DNA from: Patescibacteria group bacterium
GTDB lineage: Bacteria > Patescibacteriota > Doudnabacteria > UBA920
Direction of reading: 5' to 3'
DNA: 58,698 nt
Assembly: GCA_023484515.1 (NCBI GenBank)
Contig: JAMDAY010000004.1
Coordinates: 1-58,698 of the forward strand
A program made the translations under genes and the position numbers. Position 1 is the first letter of the stretch. Each line of letters starts with the position of its first letter. The notes beneath the pieces were generated by a model that had not been told where the DNA came from, searched no databases, and was given only the letters and a program-made list of their open reading frames with translations. This document shows, in pieces, positions 9,624 through 18,999 of the stretch.

Positions 9624-10271
9624 TTAAGGTTCCGGTTTTCCGGTTTTAAAAAGCAAAACGGAATAACGGACCTGAAGCTGGGCGTGATTCCCGGGCAGGC
9701 GCTGCAGCCAGAATTCCACGCTGCCAAATTTTCCTGCTTTGACCGTAGTCGTCAACAGCGGCTTGTTCTGCCAGTCTTTGCCGATGGATTGCGAGCCCGC
9801 ATAGCCCGCGCCGAGCTTAAAGTGCTTGAAGTCGTACTCCAGCTTGGCTCGCTCAATAGACTGGTGAAAACCGGCCGAGCTATTAAGCGGAATGTAGAAA
9901 AAATACACGGCATTGCCGCTAATGCGGGAGTTGACTTTATAGTCAACTTTGGTCCAGGGCAAAATGTAGCTGGCACCCTTGGCTGCCGGACCGCTGGCTT
10001 GGCCGAAATAGTCCTCGTGCGTCAGGCTGAATCTGTTTGCCTTGTACAGGACTCCGCCGCCGCCAATAAATGTCTCGCGGTAATTGTTTTTGCCAAAGTC
10101 AACGTATATCACGTCGGGGCCAATCAACCTGCCGCGCTGCTGGTAAAACTGGCTGTAGTGTTGGGTCGCGGCGTTTCGCATTGCCAGCCTGGCAACCAGC
10201 CAATTTTCTACCTCTTCAGCAGAAGCAACAGGCACTAATGCCATACAAAAGATAGCTATTCTTAACCACAT
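9624..10271 (-). CDS. Signal-peptide protein with a beta-barrel-like sequence pattern
   Basis: Signal peptide ending ASA|EE, then about 12 amphipathic aromatic-rich strand-like segments. Confidence 0.7.
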   Translation of the reverse strand: MWLRIAIFCMALVPVASAEEVENWLVARLAMRNAATQHYSQFYQQRGRLIGPDVIYVDFGKNNYRETFIGGGGVLYKANRFSLTHEDYFGQASGPAAKGASYILPWTKVDYKVNSRISGNAVYFFYIPLNSSAGFHQSIERAKLEYDFKHFKLGAGYAGSQSIGKDWQNKPLLTTTVKAGKFGSVEFWLQRLPGNHAQLQVRYSVLLFKTGKPEP

Positions 10272-10392
10272 AATTCCTCCAGAAAATTACCCCCAATTTT
10301 ATCACTTTTTGGCTTATTTGTCAAGAGTATCGTATTTACAATAATTATTTTATGGTAAAATACATGTATCTTTATTAGTTAACCTAACAAAA

Positions 10393-10896
10393 ATGAAACC
10401 AAAAGATATCGTAGCCTTGGTTATTGCCATAATAATCGCCGAGCTGGCAGGAGCGATTGGCGCGGTTTTTACCACTGCAGCCATTCCTTCGTGGTATGCC
10501 GGCCTGACCAAACCGGCCTTAACTCCCCCTTCATGGGTCTTTGCCCCGGTTTGGACCCTGCTCTACGCGCTAATGGGAGTGGCCTTATTTTTGGTCTGGA
10601 AAAAACATTCTTATAACCTTGGAATTATAGGAATGAAAAACGCGTGGGCATGGGCCCTGGCAGCATTCTTTTTCCAACTGGCCTTAAACGTGCTTTGGTC
10701 TTATCTTTTCTTTGGCCTGCACAGCCCGGGCGCGGCATTCGTGGAAATTGTAATTTTATGGCTGGCTATTATTGCCAACATTGTCGCGTTTGCCAAAATT
10801 TCCGTGCCCGCAGCCTGGCTTTTAATACCCTACGTGTTATGGGTAAGCTTTGCCGCGTACTTGAATTTTGCCATTTGGCGGCTGACAAGCGTTTAA
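10393..10896 (+). CDS. tspO: TspO/MBR tryptophan-rich sensory protein
   Basis: WYAGLTKPALTPPSWVFAPVWTLLY; LNVLWSYLFFG; LLIPYVLWVSFA. Confidence 0.95.
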   Translation: MKPKDIVALVIAIIIAELAGAIGAVFTTAAIPSWYAGLTKPALTPPSWVFAPVWTLLYALMGVALFLVWKKHSYNLGIIGMKNAWAWALAAFFFQLALNVLWSYLFFGLHSPGAAFVEIVILWLAIIANIVAFAKISVPAAWLLIPYVLWVSFAAYLNFAIWRLTSV

Positions 10897-10917
10897 AAAT
10901 GTAAAAATAAGGGAGCT

Positions 10918-11090
10918 GAAGGCAGCCTTCCGGGATAGGTCTTTTATAGCCAGATTGATGATAACCAACATCTGTTTGTCCCTTAAAGGCTGCCTTCCCT
11001 GCCATGGACCAGTAAAATAGGGAGTAAAAACAGATGCCTCCTGAACGCCACAACACGTGTTGTGGCGTTCCCGCCATATAGGCCAGGCGG
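10918..11090 (+). repeat. Structured dispersed element, copy C
   Basis: gaaggcagccttccggga...tccc..aaggctgccttc; perfect 28-bp palindrome 11043-11070. Confidence 0.85.
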
Positions 11091-11092
11091 AT

Positions 11093-11249
11093 CTGTAGTT
11101 GCCTGATTCATCAGGCCCCTTTGCAAAGCTGAGTGAACTAAGCGACTACAGCTTAAGGGGCAAGGCTTAAGGTTTAATTACAAATTATCCTTTGTAGGGG
11201 CTGCCCTTTGGGCGCCCGAACTGCGGGCAAGCTTTAGCTTGCCCCTACA
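11093..11249. repeat. Two GTAG...CTAC REP doublets (11093-11151 and 11193-11249)
   Basis: Each has tgtag/ctaca outer arms and two inner hairpins. 11193-11249 is near-identical to the reverse complement of 40344-40399. Confidence 0.8.
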
Positions 11250-11289
11250 TCTATTTAACCCATCACAATTGGAACAAGGATTTTCCCCT

Positions 11290-11317
11290 TGTTACCTTTC
11301 TTTTTATATTTCGTAAT
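11290..11317 (+). promoter_or_regulatory. Putative ECF-sigma promoter, copy 3 (autoregulatory)
   Basis: TGTTAC-N16-CGTAAT about 90 nt upstream of the ECF sigma gene. Confidence 0.65.
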
Positions 11318-11404
11318 ATTTAAGGAAAGGCAAAACAATTTTGGCCAAAATAACGCGGTATGTTATGCTATTAACAACAAAATTGATTAAAGTTAAACAA
11401 TAAA

Positions 11405-11968
11405 ATGAACATTTCGGAAACCGAGGCCATAAGCCTCTGCCAGCAGGGCCAATTGGAATATTTCGGCGCACTTTACGATTTATATATCCGCAAAATTTAC
11501 GATTTCACCTATTTTCGGACGCATCATAAAGAGACCGCCGAGGACCTGACCGCAACCATTTTTTCCAAAGCCCTGGAAAATTTTTCCCAATACCAGCCGC
11601 AAAAAGGGTCTTTCTCCTCCTGGCTTTACCGCATTGCCAAAAACGCCATTATAGACCACTACCGCACCAGCAAACCCAACGCTTCGCTGGAAGACGCCTG
11701 GGACGTCCCTGCAGCAGCCAACGTGGAAAGGGACGCGGACACGGCCATTAAGCTGGAAAAAGCCAGGCAACTTTTGTCCAAGCTGGCGCCGCAACAGCGG
11801 GACATTGTTACCATGCGGGTCTGGGACGGCTTGTCCTACCGCGAAATTTCGGAAATTTTAGGCTTAAGCGAAGCCAATGCCAAAATGATTTTTTCCCGGA
11901 CCCTGGCCAAACTAAACAAAGAGACGGCTTTTGCGGCCGTATCGCTGTTGTTGGCTTGGATCTCTTAA
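11405..11968 (+). CDS. ECF RNA polymerase sigma factor
   Basis: Region 2 (AEDLTATIF, FSSWLYRIAKN) and region 4 (GLSYREISEILG). Confidence 0.93.
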   Translation: MNISETEAISLCQQGQLEYFGALYDLYIRKIYDFTYFRTHHKETAEDLTATIFSKALENFSQYQPQKGSFSSWLYRIAKNAIIDHYRTSKPNASLEDAWDVPAAANVERDADTAIKLEKARQLLSKLAPQQRDIVTMRVWDGLSYREISEILGLSEANAKMIFSRTLAKLNKETAFAAVSLLLAWIS

Positions 11969-11996
11969 CGCAAACTTCATTTTTAAACTTACCAAT

Positions 11997-13484
11997 ATGG
12001 ACAACTTAGAAAAAAAAATCCAGCAGATCTTGCTTGATCTTTACAAAATTGATCCCAACTTTAAGCAGCACGAGGCAAAAATTGCCATAATTATCAAAGA
12101 AGTGCTGCTGGCCAAGCCTGATACCAAATTTGACGAAAAATTTGCCGAAGATTTAAGGCGCAGGCTTATGGCCAAGGCGGATTTGCTAAAGGAAAAGCAA
12201 AACAAAACTTTATTCGGCAGCCTTAAGTTTGCCAAACGCTTGAACTACGCATTGGGCGCAGTGGCAGTTCTTACTCTCATAATAGCCGGCGGCCTGCTTT
12301 CCCAAGACCGTAAAAACAAGCAAGCCATTTCCAACAAAACTTTGGAAATTTTTTCCGGGAAAACTTCCGTCACCAAGGCGCCAAGCCATGCCTTTGGCGA
12401 CCTGGCGCTGTCCTCCCCCCAAGGCAGCCAGCCAACTGGCATGGGCGGCGCAGGGGCCGGAATCGGGGCTGCGGATGCCAATTCCGCGCCAAAAACCGCT
12501 TTGGGACTGGGCGGTGGCGGCATGCCTATGCTGATTAACTACCAATACGTATATAAAGGCGGTGAATTTTCCCTGGACCAGCCGGAAATGGACGTTTACC
12601 GCCGCGTCAGGACCGCTGTCTCCGGCACAGGCGCCGCTTCCCTGCTAAAGCAAATGGATTTTGGAATAATTGACATGAACACTTTCAGCAACCTGTCACT
12701 GCAGAACCTGAATTTTGCGGAAGACAAAGACTACGGCTACATGTTTTATGTCAGCCTGGAAGAAGGGACCATTTCCATTAGCGAAAACTGGAAAAAATGG
12801 CCGTCCCCGGAAAATACCTGCAAAGATTCCGCCTGCTTTGAGCAAAACCGCGTAAAATTTTCCGACGTGCCGGAAGACGCCGCGCTCATTGCCATGGCTA
12901 ACCAGTTTTTAAAAGACCACAACATCTCCACGGCAAGCTACGGAGAGCCATTGGTAGAAAATTCGTGGAAGGAAGAATATTTAAAAGCAACGGACAAAAC
13001 GAATTCGTATATTCCAAATTTCCTTACGGTTATTTACCCGCAAATTATAAATGGGAATGAGGTTTACGACGAAGGAGGCAACCCGGCTGGCCTAACGGTA
13101 TCTGTAGACCTTTACGCCAAGAAAGCTTCGGGCGTAAGCGAACTCTACGCGCAAAATTACGAAAGCTCGGCTTACGAAGTGGAAACCGACGCAGGACAAT
13201 TGACCAAGTTGGCCGAACAAGGCGGCAGGAACGGGAATTTTTCCAACCCCGGCGCCGGACGCACCGTGCAGGTGGAACTGGGCACGCCGCACCTGGGATA
13301 CGTCAAGTCTTACCAGCCCCAGGAACAAGGCGGGCCGGCCGGCCAAATGCTAATCCCCGCCCTAATTTTCCCCATAACCAAGGTTTCCCAAGACACTCCT
13401 TTTTACCAAAAAAATGTCGTAGTCTTCCTGCCTAAAGATTTTCAGCAAACGGAAAACCCTGTCAGGATTATGCCGATGCAGTAA
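11997..13484 (+). CDS. Single-TM protein with large extracellular domain; anti-sigma candidate
   Basis: Directly after the ECF gene; cytoplasmic N-terminus, one TM, about 390 aa ectodomain. ATG at 11997. Confidence 0.75.
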   Translation: MDNLEKKIQQILLDLYKIDPNFKQHEAKIAIIIKEVLLAKPDTKFDEKFAEDLRRRLMAKADLLKEKQNKTLFGSLKFAKRLNYALGAVAVLTLIIAGGLLSQDRKNKQAISNKTLEIFSGKTSVTKAPSHAFGDLALSSPQGSQPTGMGGAGAGIGAADANSAPKTALGLGGGGMPMLINYQYVYKGGEFSLDQPEMDVYRRVRTAVSGTGAASLLKQMDFGIIDMNTFSNLSLQNLNFAEDKDYGYMFYVSLEEGTISISENWKKWPSPENTCKDSACFEQNRVKFSDVPEDAALIAMANQFLKDHNISTASYGEPLVENSWKEEYLKATDKTNSYIPNFLTVIYPQIINGNEVYDEGGNPAGLTVSVDLYAKKASGVSELYAQNYESSAYEVETDAGQLTKLAEQGGRNGNFSNPGAGRTVQVELGTPHLGYVKSYQPQEQGGPAGQMLIPALIFPITKVSQDTPFYQKNVVVFLPKDFQQTENPVRIMPMQ

Positions 13485-13510
13485 GTAACGAGAATTGAAT
13501 ATGCATAAAC

Positions 13511-13540
13511 AGCCGCGATTCTAGGGCCGCGGCTTTTATG
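13511..13540 (+). terminator. Intrinsic terminator
   Basis: agccgcg...cgcggct followed by a T-run. Confidence 0.6.
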
Positions 13541-13625
13541 ATGCCAAAAAAAAGACTTCTTTCACGCCGGGATTTTAAGCTAACTTAAAGTGCTTGCTCT
13601 AGCGCAAAGAGCAAGCACTTTTTCT

Positions 13626-13991
13626 TTAGTACCACGTATTCCAGCCATAGTAGGGATGGTAATTCCCATAGCCGAACATATTGCCGTAATACGGGTAGTA
13701 GCTTCCTAACCCGTAGCCGCCATAGCCGCCGTAATAATTTCCATAGCCGCCGTAGTAGGGATAATAGCCGCCGTACCCATACATATTGCCGTAATACGGG
13801 TAGTAGCCTCCTAAACCGTAGCCGCCATAGCCGCCGTAATAATTTCCATAGCCGCCGTTGTAGCCTTCGTTATAATTTACAGTCCGGTCATGGTTCCTGC
13901 CAGCCAAGGCGGGCTGGACCGCAAGAGCGCCTGCTGCCAAAACCAGCACGATTGCAGCGAGGCCAATGGCAAATTTCTTAATTCTTGTCAT
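13626..13991 (-). CDS. Secreted Gly/Tyr-rich protein with a 35-aa tandem duplication
   Basis: Signal peptide; 105-nt internal repeat; GGGGG-type RBS upstream. Confidence 0.8.
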   Translation of the reverse strand: MTRIKKFAIGLAAIVLVLAAGALAVQPALAGRNHDRTVNYNEGYNGGYGNYYGGYGGYGLGGYYPYYGNMYGYGGYYPYYGGYGNYYGGYGGYGLGSYYPYYGNMFGYGNYHPYYGWNTWY

Positions 13992-14085
13992 ACCCAAACA
14001 CCCCCTTTCAAAAATTTGAAACTATTATTTTACCCAATCTTGGCAAGATTAAAAGCCCCAACAAAGAGGCTTTTAAATTTACCGC

Positions 14086-14364
14086 CTAGTAGCCGCCGTA
14101 ACCGTAATAGGGATTGAACAATCCGGAAAGCACAATCCACTGGCTTACGGGATTGTAACCTCCTACGCCATAGCCATAGCCATATCCTCTCCCATAAAGG
14201 TAAGGATTAAAGAGCCCGTTTAAAACAATCCAACTGGAGATGGGGTTATAAGCCCCGTATCCGTAATACTGGGCCTTAGCTTGCTGCTTCGGCACCGCCA
14301 AAGAGGCAAGCCCTACCGCAGCGGCAATTGCCACAACCGCAATAATTTTGCTAGCCTTGGACAT
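14086..14364 (-). CDS. Secreted Gly/Tyr-rich protein with a duplicated YNPxSxWIVLxGLFNPY motif
   Basis: Signal peptide from MSKASK; internal repeat. Confidence 0.8.
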   Translation of the reverse strand: MSKASKIIAVVAIAAAVGLASLAVPKQQAKAQYYGYGAYNPISSWIVLNGLFNPYLYGRGYGYGYGVGGYNPVSQWIVLSGLFNPYYGYGGY

Positions 14365-14630
14365 AAAAATTACCCCCTTTCTTCGCTGAGCAAATTTTAT
14401 AACTCTCTCCAAAATTTTATAAATCTTTCCAAATAAGACGACGGATGTGCGCTTAGCTGCAACTAATTATATCGGGCGCGGTTAAAAGGTTAAACAAAAC
14501 TTTACAAAAATTTAGTTTGGCAATTATTTCAGCTTAAAAAAACAGTTTTCAAAACTTTTTCTGTTAAACACGAGAGGGTCTGTCTTTATAAGCATGTTAT
14601 ATTACAAAATATTAATTTCCTGTTTTCAAC

Positions 14631-14659
14631 TTGCATTACTTTTGTCAAAACGTTAAAAT
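14631..14659 (+). promoter_or_regulatory. sigma70-type promoter of the second ECF operon
   Basis: TTGCAT-N17-TAAAAT. Confidence 0.6.
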
Positions 14660-14688
14660 TGAAATAATTTCACTATTTTAAGGTATTA

Positions 14689-15288
14689 TTGTATATGGAG
14701 AGTTTAAACAAAAACCCAACCGACGAGGCGTTGGCCAAATTGGTCCAAAATGGCGAAATTGAAAAATTTGGCGAATTAGTGGAACGCTACGGTAAAAAAC
14801 TGGAACGCTACGGGCGAAAATTTCTCCAAAACAGCAACAGCCTGGAAGACCTCGTCCAGGACGTATTTTTAAAGGCATACAAAAATATCCAAAACTTTAA
14901 TCCTGACCGGAAGTTCTCCTCTTGGATTTACCGCATTGCCCACAATGAATTCATTAACGAGCTGAAAAAGAACAGCCGGCATCCTTTTGCTTTCATAGAA
15001 CCGGATTTATTGGCTCTGCACCCTGCCGTAGAAAACACTGTTTCGGATTTGGAAAAACAAGAAATGCGCCAACTGTTGGAATCTTCGCTGGAATCTTTGG
15101 ACCAAAAATACCGCGAAGTGTTAATTTTATATTATGAAGAAGAATTTTCCTATAAGGAAATTTCCGATATTTTAACCATTCCGGTTGCCACGGTAGGTAT
15201 CCGGCTGCAGCGCGGCAAATTGCGCCTGCAGGAAGCTTATAAGAGGATAGAAACATATGGATCAAACGGATCAAAAAAACGGCAATAA
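14689..15288 (+). CDS. ECF sigma factor (SigW-like)
   Basis: EDLVQDVFLKAY, FSSWIYRIAHN, FSYKEISDIL. Confidence 0.93.
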   Translation: MYMESLNKNPTDEALAKLVQNGEIEKFGELVERYGKKLERYGRKFLQNSNSLEDLVQDVFLKAYKNIQNFNPDRKFSSWIYRIAHNEFINELKKNSRHPFAFIEPDLLALHPAVENTVSDLEKQEMRQLLESSLESLDQKYREVLILYYEEEFSYKEISDILTIPVATVGIRLQRGKLRLQEAYKRIETYGSNGSKKRQ

Positions 15289-16009
15289 CAATACCTTGGG
15301 GCTCCGCCGGGAAATTATGGAAAAAATCAAGCACGGGGAAGTTAGAATGCGCTCCAAGGCTTATTTCATCTGGCAAGCCCTGGCAGTTGCTGCTGCGGTG
15401 GTTTTATTGTTGCTATTGGCCGTTGCCATTGCCAGCTTTTTAATTTTTGTACTTCACGCCAGCGGCAGGATATTCTTGCCTTCCTTTGGCTGGCAAGGCT
15501 GGCGATTGTTTTTGCTCCGGTTCCCCTGGCTGATTTTATTGCTTATAGCCGCACTGGTGGTCATTTTGGAAATTTTAGTTAAACGTTTTGCTTACCGCCG
15601 GCCATTTATATATTCCCTGGGAAGCATTCTGGCGGTGATTTTGGTTGCGGGAATTTTTGTCGGGCAGTCCTCGCTTCATCCTGTCTTATTTAACCAGGCT
15701 TCGGAAAACCAACTTCCCCTGGCAGGAGGGCTATACCGTTACTTTGAACAGGAAAACCTGGAAGAGATCCATCACGGAATAATTTCCAACATCAATCAGG
15801 GCGGTTTCACGCTCAATACCAAGGAGGAACCTTACAGCGTAATTCCTAACGACCAGGTAATGCTGGATAACTTATACAACGGCGACCGGGTATTTGTATT
15901 GGGAGAAGAATCAAACGGACAAATTCATGCTTTTGGCATAAAAAAAGTCGGCAAGGATGAGCTTTTCAGAAAAATTTGGATCCCTGGCCAGGGCCCAAAC
16001 ATGAAATAA
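15257..16009 (+). CDS. Multi-TM membrane protein; anti-sigma candidate
   Basis: Overlaps the ECF stop; 3-4 TM helices plus a C-terminal soluble domain. Confidence 0.75.
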   Translation: MDQTDQKNGNNNTLGLRREIMEKIKHGEVRMRSKAYFIWQALAVAAAVVLLLLLAVAIASFLIFVLHASGRIFLPSFGWQGWRLFLLRFPWLILLLIAALVVILEILVKRFAYRRPFIYSLGSILAVILVAGIFVGQSSLHPVLFNQASENQLPLAGGLYRYFEQENLEEIHHGIISNINQGGFTLNTKEEPYSVIPNDQVMLDNLYNGDRVFVLGEESNGQIHAFGIKKVGKDELFRKIWIPGQGPNMK

Positions 16010-16034
16010 AACAATTTTCTGTCTGTAATAATCT

Positions 16035-16490
16035 ATGAAAAAATTTTTTCTTTCTTCAGTCACAATAGTTTTGTTCGTTTTTTATATAGTGTTCCAGCAC
16101 CGGCAAACTCCTCCTGCGCTGCGCAACCAGCCGTCATTTAGCGGTTCAACCGCTCCGTGGGCAGGCAACCCGTTCGCCGGAGGAACGCTTCCGGCGGCGA
16201 GTAACATAAAATATAAAGATGGAGAATATGTGGGAAACAGCGCAGATGCTTATTATGGCAGCGTGCAAGTCAAGACTACAATTTCCGGAGGAAAAATTAC
16301 CAACATCCAATTTTTGGATTACCCCCAGGACCGGGATACCTCCCGCATGATTAATTCGCAGGCCACGCCCGCCCTGGCTACGGAAGCCATCCAAGCCCAA
16401 AGCACCCAAGTGAACGTTGTATCGGGCGCGACCGACACGAGCCAAGCCTTTATCCAATCCCTTTCTTCCGCCTTGGCGCAAGCAAGCTAA
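16035..16490 (+). CDS. Membrane-anchored FMN-binding (flavinylation substrate) protein
   Basis: YKDGEYVG...GKIT domain with VVSGAT ([ST]GA[ST]) flavinylation motif. Confidence 0.9.
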   Translation: MKKFFLSSVTIVLFVFYIVFQHRQTPPALRNQPSFSGSTAPWAGNPFAGGTLPAASNIKYKDGEYVGNSADAYYGSVQVKTTISGGKITNIQFLDYPQDRDTSRMINSQATPALATEAIQAQSTQVNVVSGATDTSQAFIQSLSSALAQAS

Positions 16491-16501
16491 AGGCCACGCT
16501 T

Positions 16502-17251
16502 ATGAAGCAGATAAAATTTATTATGGGCATGCCTGTAAGCCTTGAAATATCAAACGGGGAAAACGTCGGATCAGGAACGTTTGAAAAAATTTTTTCATAT
16601 TTTGCAGATGTAGACGCGCAATTCAGCACCTACAAGCCGCAAAGCGAGGTAAGCAAAATTAACCGCGGGGAAATTTTACCCAAGGATACCAGCCGGAAAA
16701 TGCAAAATATATTTCTCCTGGCGGAACAAACCAGGCGGCAGACTTATGGATACTTTAATATTGCCACGCCCCAGGGAAATATTGACCCTTCCGGCATAGT
16801 CAAAGGATGGGCCATTTACCAGGCATCTTTGATTTTACGGCAGGAGGGAATTGTAAATTTTTGCCTGGAGGCGGGCGGCGACATACAGACCGGTAAACCT
16901 AGCGAAAAGAAAAGAGGATTTTGGAAAGTGGGGATCCGCAACCCCTTTAACCGCAGGGAAATAATCAAGGTATTACACCTGTACAATCAAGGCATTGCCA
17001 CATCCGGCACTTATATCCGCGGCCAGCATATTTATAATCCCCACGACCCGCAAAAAGAAATTAAAGAAGCGGTAAGCCTGACCGTAATTGGGCCAAACGT
17101 CTACGAGGCCGACCGCTTTGCCACTGCCGCGTTTGCCATGGGCCGGCAAGGGATTAACTTTATAGAACAGACGCCCGGCCTGGAAGGTTATATGGTAGGC
17201 CAAAGCGGAATAGCGACTATGACCAGCGGGTTCGGAAAATTTGTGATATAG
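16502..17251 (+). CDS. apbE: FAD:protein FMN transferase
   Basis: IMGM, DPSGIVKGWA, EAGGDI, IATSG, HIYNPH, ADRFATA. Confidence 0.92.
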   Translation: MKQIKFIMGMPVSLEISNGENVGSGTFEKIFSYFADVDAQFSTYKPQSEVSKINRGEILPKDTSRKMQNIFLLAEQTRRQTYGYFNIATPQGNIDPSGIVKGWAIYQASLILRQEGIVNFCLEAGGDIQTGKPSEKKRGFWKVGIRNPFNRREIIKVLHLYNQGIATSGTYIRGQHIYNPHDPQKEIKEAVSLTVIGPNVYEADRFATAAFAMGRQGINFIEQTPGLEGYMVGQSGIATMTSGFGKFVI

Positions 17252-17392
17252 TTTGCCGTGTCTATATATTGATAATTTCCGTCTGACAAGGCGGCTTGGG
17301 GTTATAACCGGGTCTTGCGGACAAATAAACTTATACTTCAAACGCGGGAACAATCTTAAGACTTAAATTCTCAAATACCAGAATCTGTAATA

Positions 17393-18919
17393 ATGTTTTC
17401 ATTCGTCAACAATTTTTTGAACCGCACCACCATGTACCGCCTGGTTTTGTACTACCTGGAATTCTTGCTGGCCGCTGCTTTCACACTAAGCATTTTCGGG
17501 GTTTTACCTTTCCGCCCTTTGGCCTTGGCCTTTTCCTTATTTGTACTGCTGGCTGTTTCTTGGGCAGTTAATAAAATTTTTGCCGGGATACTGAAAGTGC
17601 CCGCCAACTCGGAATCGGTTTATATTACCGCTTTAATTTTAGCGCTAATAATTACTCCGCCCGCCGTTAACAAACTTGTGTCTTCCCTGTCGTTCCTTAT
17701 ATGGGCGGGGGTTTGGGCTCAGACCGGAAAGTATATTTTTAACCTAAACCGCAAGCATATTTTTAACCCGGCCGCGTTCGCCGTTGCCCTGACGGCTTTA
17801 ACTATTAACCAGTCCGCAAGCTGGTGGGTGGGCACCGCGCCAATGCTGGCCTTTGTCCTGCTGGGCGGCTTGCTGGTGATAAAAAAAGTTCAGCGTTGGG
17901 ATATGGCAATTGCTTTCGTTGCGACAGTCCTGGCTGCCATGCTGACGCTTTCGCCAAGCGCATCCATCCCCGCTTCTATTTTGTATCGGGCGTTAACCGC
18001 CTCTCCTTTGGTGTTTTTTGCGGCCGTAATGCTCACCGAACCGTTGACCCAGCCCCACACCCGCGACGGACGCCTCGCTTTCGGCATTTTGGTCGGCTGG
18101 TTGTTTGCCCCGCAAGTCCACTTCGGTTCCTTGTATTTCACCCCAGAACTGGCTTTGCTTGCGGGAAATGTTTTCGCTTACCTTATTAGCCCCAAAGGCA
18201 GATATCTCTTAAAACTCAAGGAGAAAAAAATGGCCGCAACCGGAGTGTACGACTTTATTTTTCAAAAAGAAAAACCGTTCAGCTTCCGCCCCGGACAATA
18301 TATGGAATGGACTTTGGCGAACAATCGGCCGGACAGCCGCGGCAACCGGCGCTACCTTACCCTGGCTTCCTCTCCCACGGAAACGGACGCCCTGTTAGGC
18401 GTAAAATTTTACCCCAATCCCAGCGGCTTCAAGCAAGAGCTGGTAAAGTTAAAAACCGGTAACGGAATAATAGCGGCGCAGTTGGCTGGAGATTTTGTCT
18501 TGCCGGACAATCCCGGCCAAAAATTGGTTTTTGTAGCCGGCGGCATTGGCATTACCCCTTTCCGGAGCATGCTGAAGTATTTGATAGACCGGCAAGAGCA
18601 TCGTCCCATAATAGTCTTGTATTCCAACCGTTTGGCAGGAGAAATTTCCTATCAGAACGTATTAGAAGAAGCGCGTCAACGGTTAAACATAAAAACCGTA
18701 TACGCTCTGACCGACGAAAAAAATGTCCCCAAAGACTGGCAGGGAGTGCGGGGTCATTTTAACCGGGATGTTGTGTCCAAGGAAATCCCGGACTTCAAAG
18801 AACGCACTTTCTTAATTTCCGGTTCGCATAATATGGTGGAAGGATTTAAAAAATTATTGCTGAACATGGGGGTAAAAAGAAGGAAAATTAAAACTGACTT
18901 TTTCCCCGGTTTGGCATAA
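17393..18919 (+). CDS. RnfD/NqrB-like membrane domain fused to an FNR-type FAD/NAD-binding domain
   Basis: KHIFNPAAF, MLTEPLT; C-terminal FRPGQY, RRYLTLASSP, AGGIGITPF. Confidence 0.88.
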   Translation: MFSFVNNFLNRTTMYRLVLYYLEFLLAAAFTLSIFGVLPFRPLALAFSLFVLLAVSWAVNKIFAGILKVPANSESVYITALILALIITPPAVNKLVSSLSFLIWAGVWAQTGKYIFNLNRKHIFNPAAFAVALTALTINQSASWWVGTAPMLAFVLLGGLLVIKKVQRWDMAIAFVATVLAAMLTLSPSASIPASILYRALTASPLVFFAAVMLTEPLTQPHTRDGRLAFGILVGWLFAPQVHFGSLYFTPELALLAGNVFAYLISPKGRYLLKLKEKKMAATGVYDFIFQKEKPFSFRPGQYMEWTLANNRPDSRGNRRYLTLASSPTETDALLGVKFYPNPSGFKQELVKLKTGNGIIAAQLAGDFVLPDNPGQKLVFVAGGIGITPFRSMLKYLIDRQEHRPIIVLYSNRLAGEISYQNVLEEARQRLNIKTVYALTDEKNVPKDWQGVRGHFNRDVVSKEIPDFKERTFLISGSHNMVEGFKKLLLNMGVKRRKIKTDFFPGLA

Positions 18920-18999
18920 GTGCGGTTATTTATGCAGGCTAGGCGCTATTAATCGCACCCGGCCTGCTATTATACAATCTTACAATTAACCTAAACGTT

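Noticed and set aside
7935-11077. Minus-strand ORFs 7935-8150 and 10769-11077 as a peptide family
   Set aside because: The frame is not conserved between the homologous DNA copies, so the element is non-coding.
7977-11249. CRISPR array or integron attC array
   Set aside because: No 25-45 bp direct repeats with unique spacers and no cas genes; no RYYYAAC/GTTRRRY boxes at the element ends and no intI.
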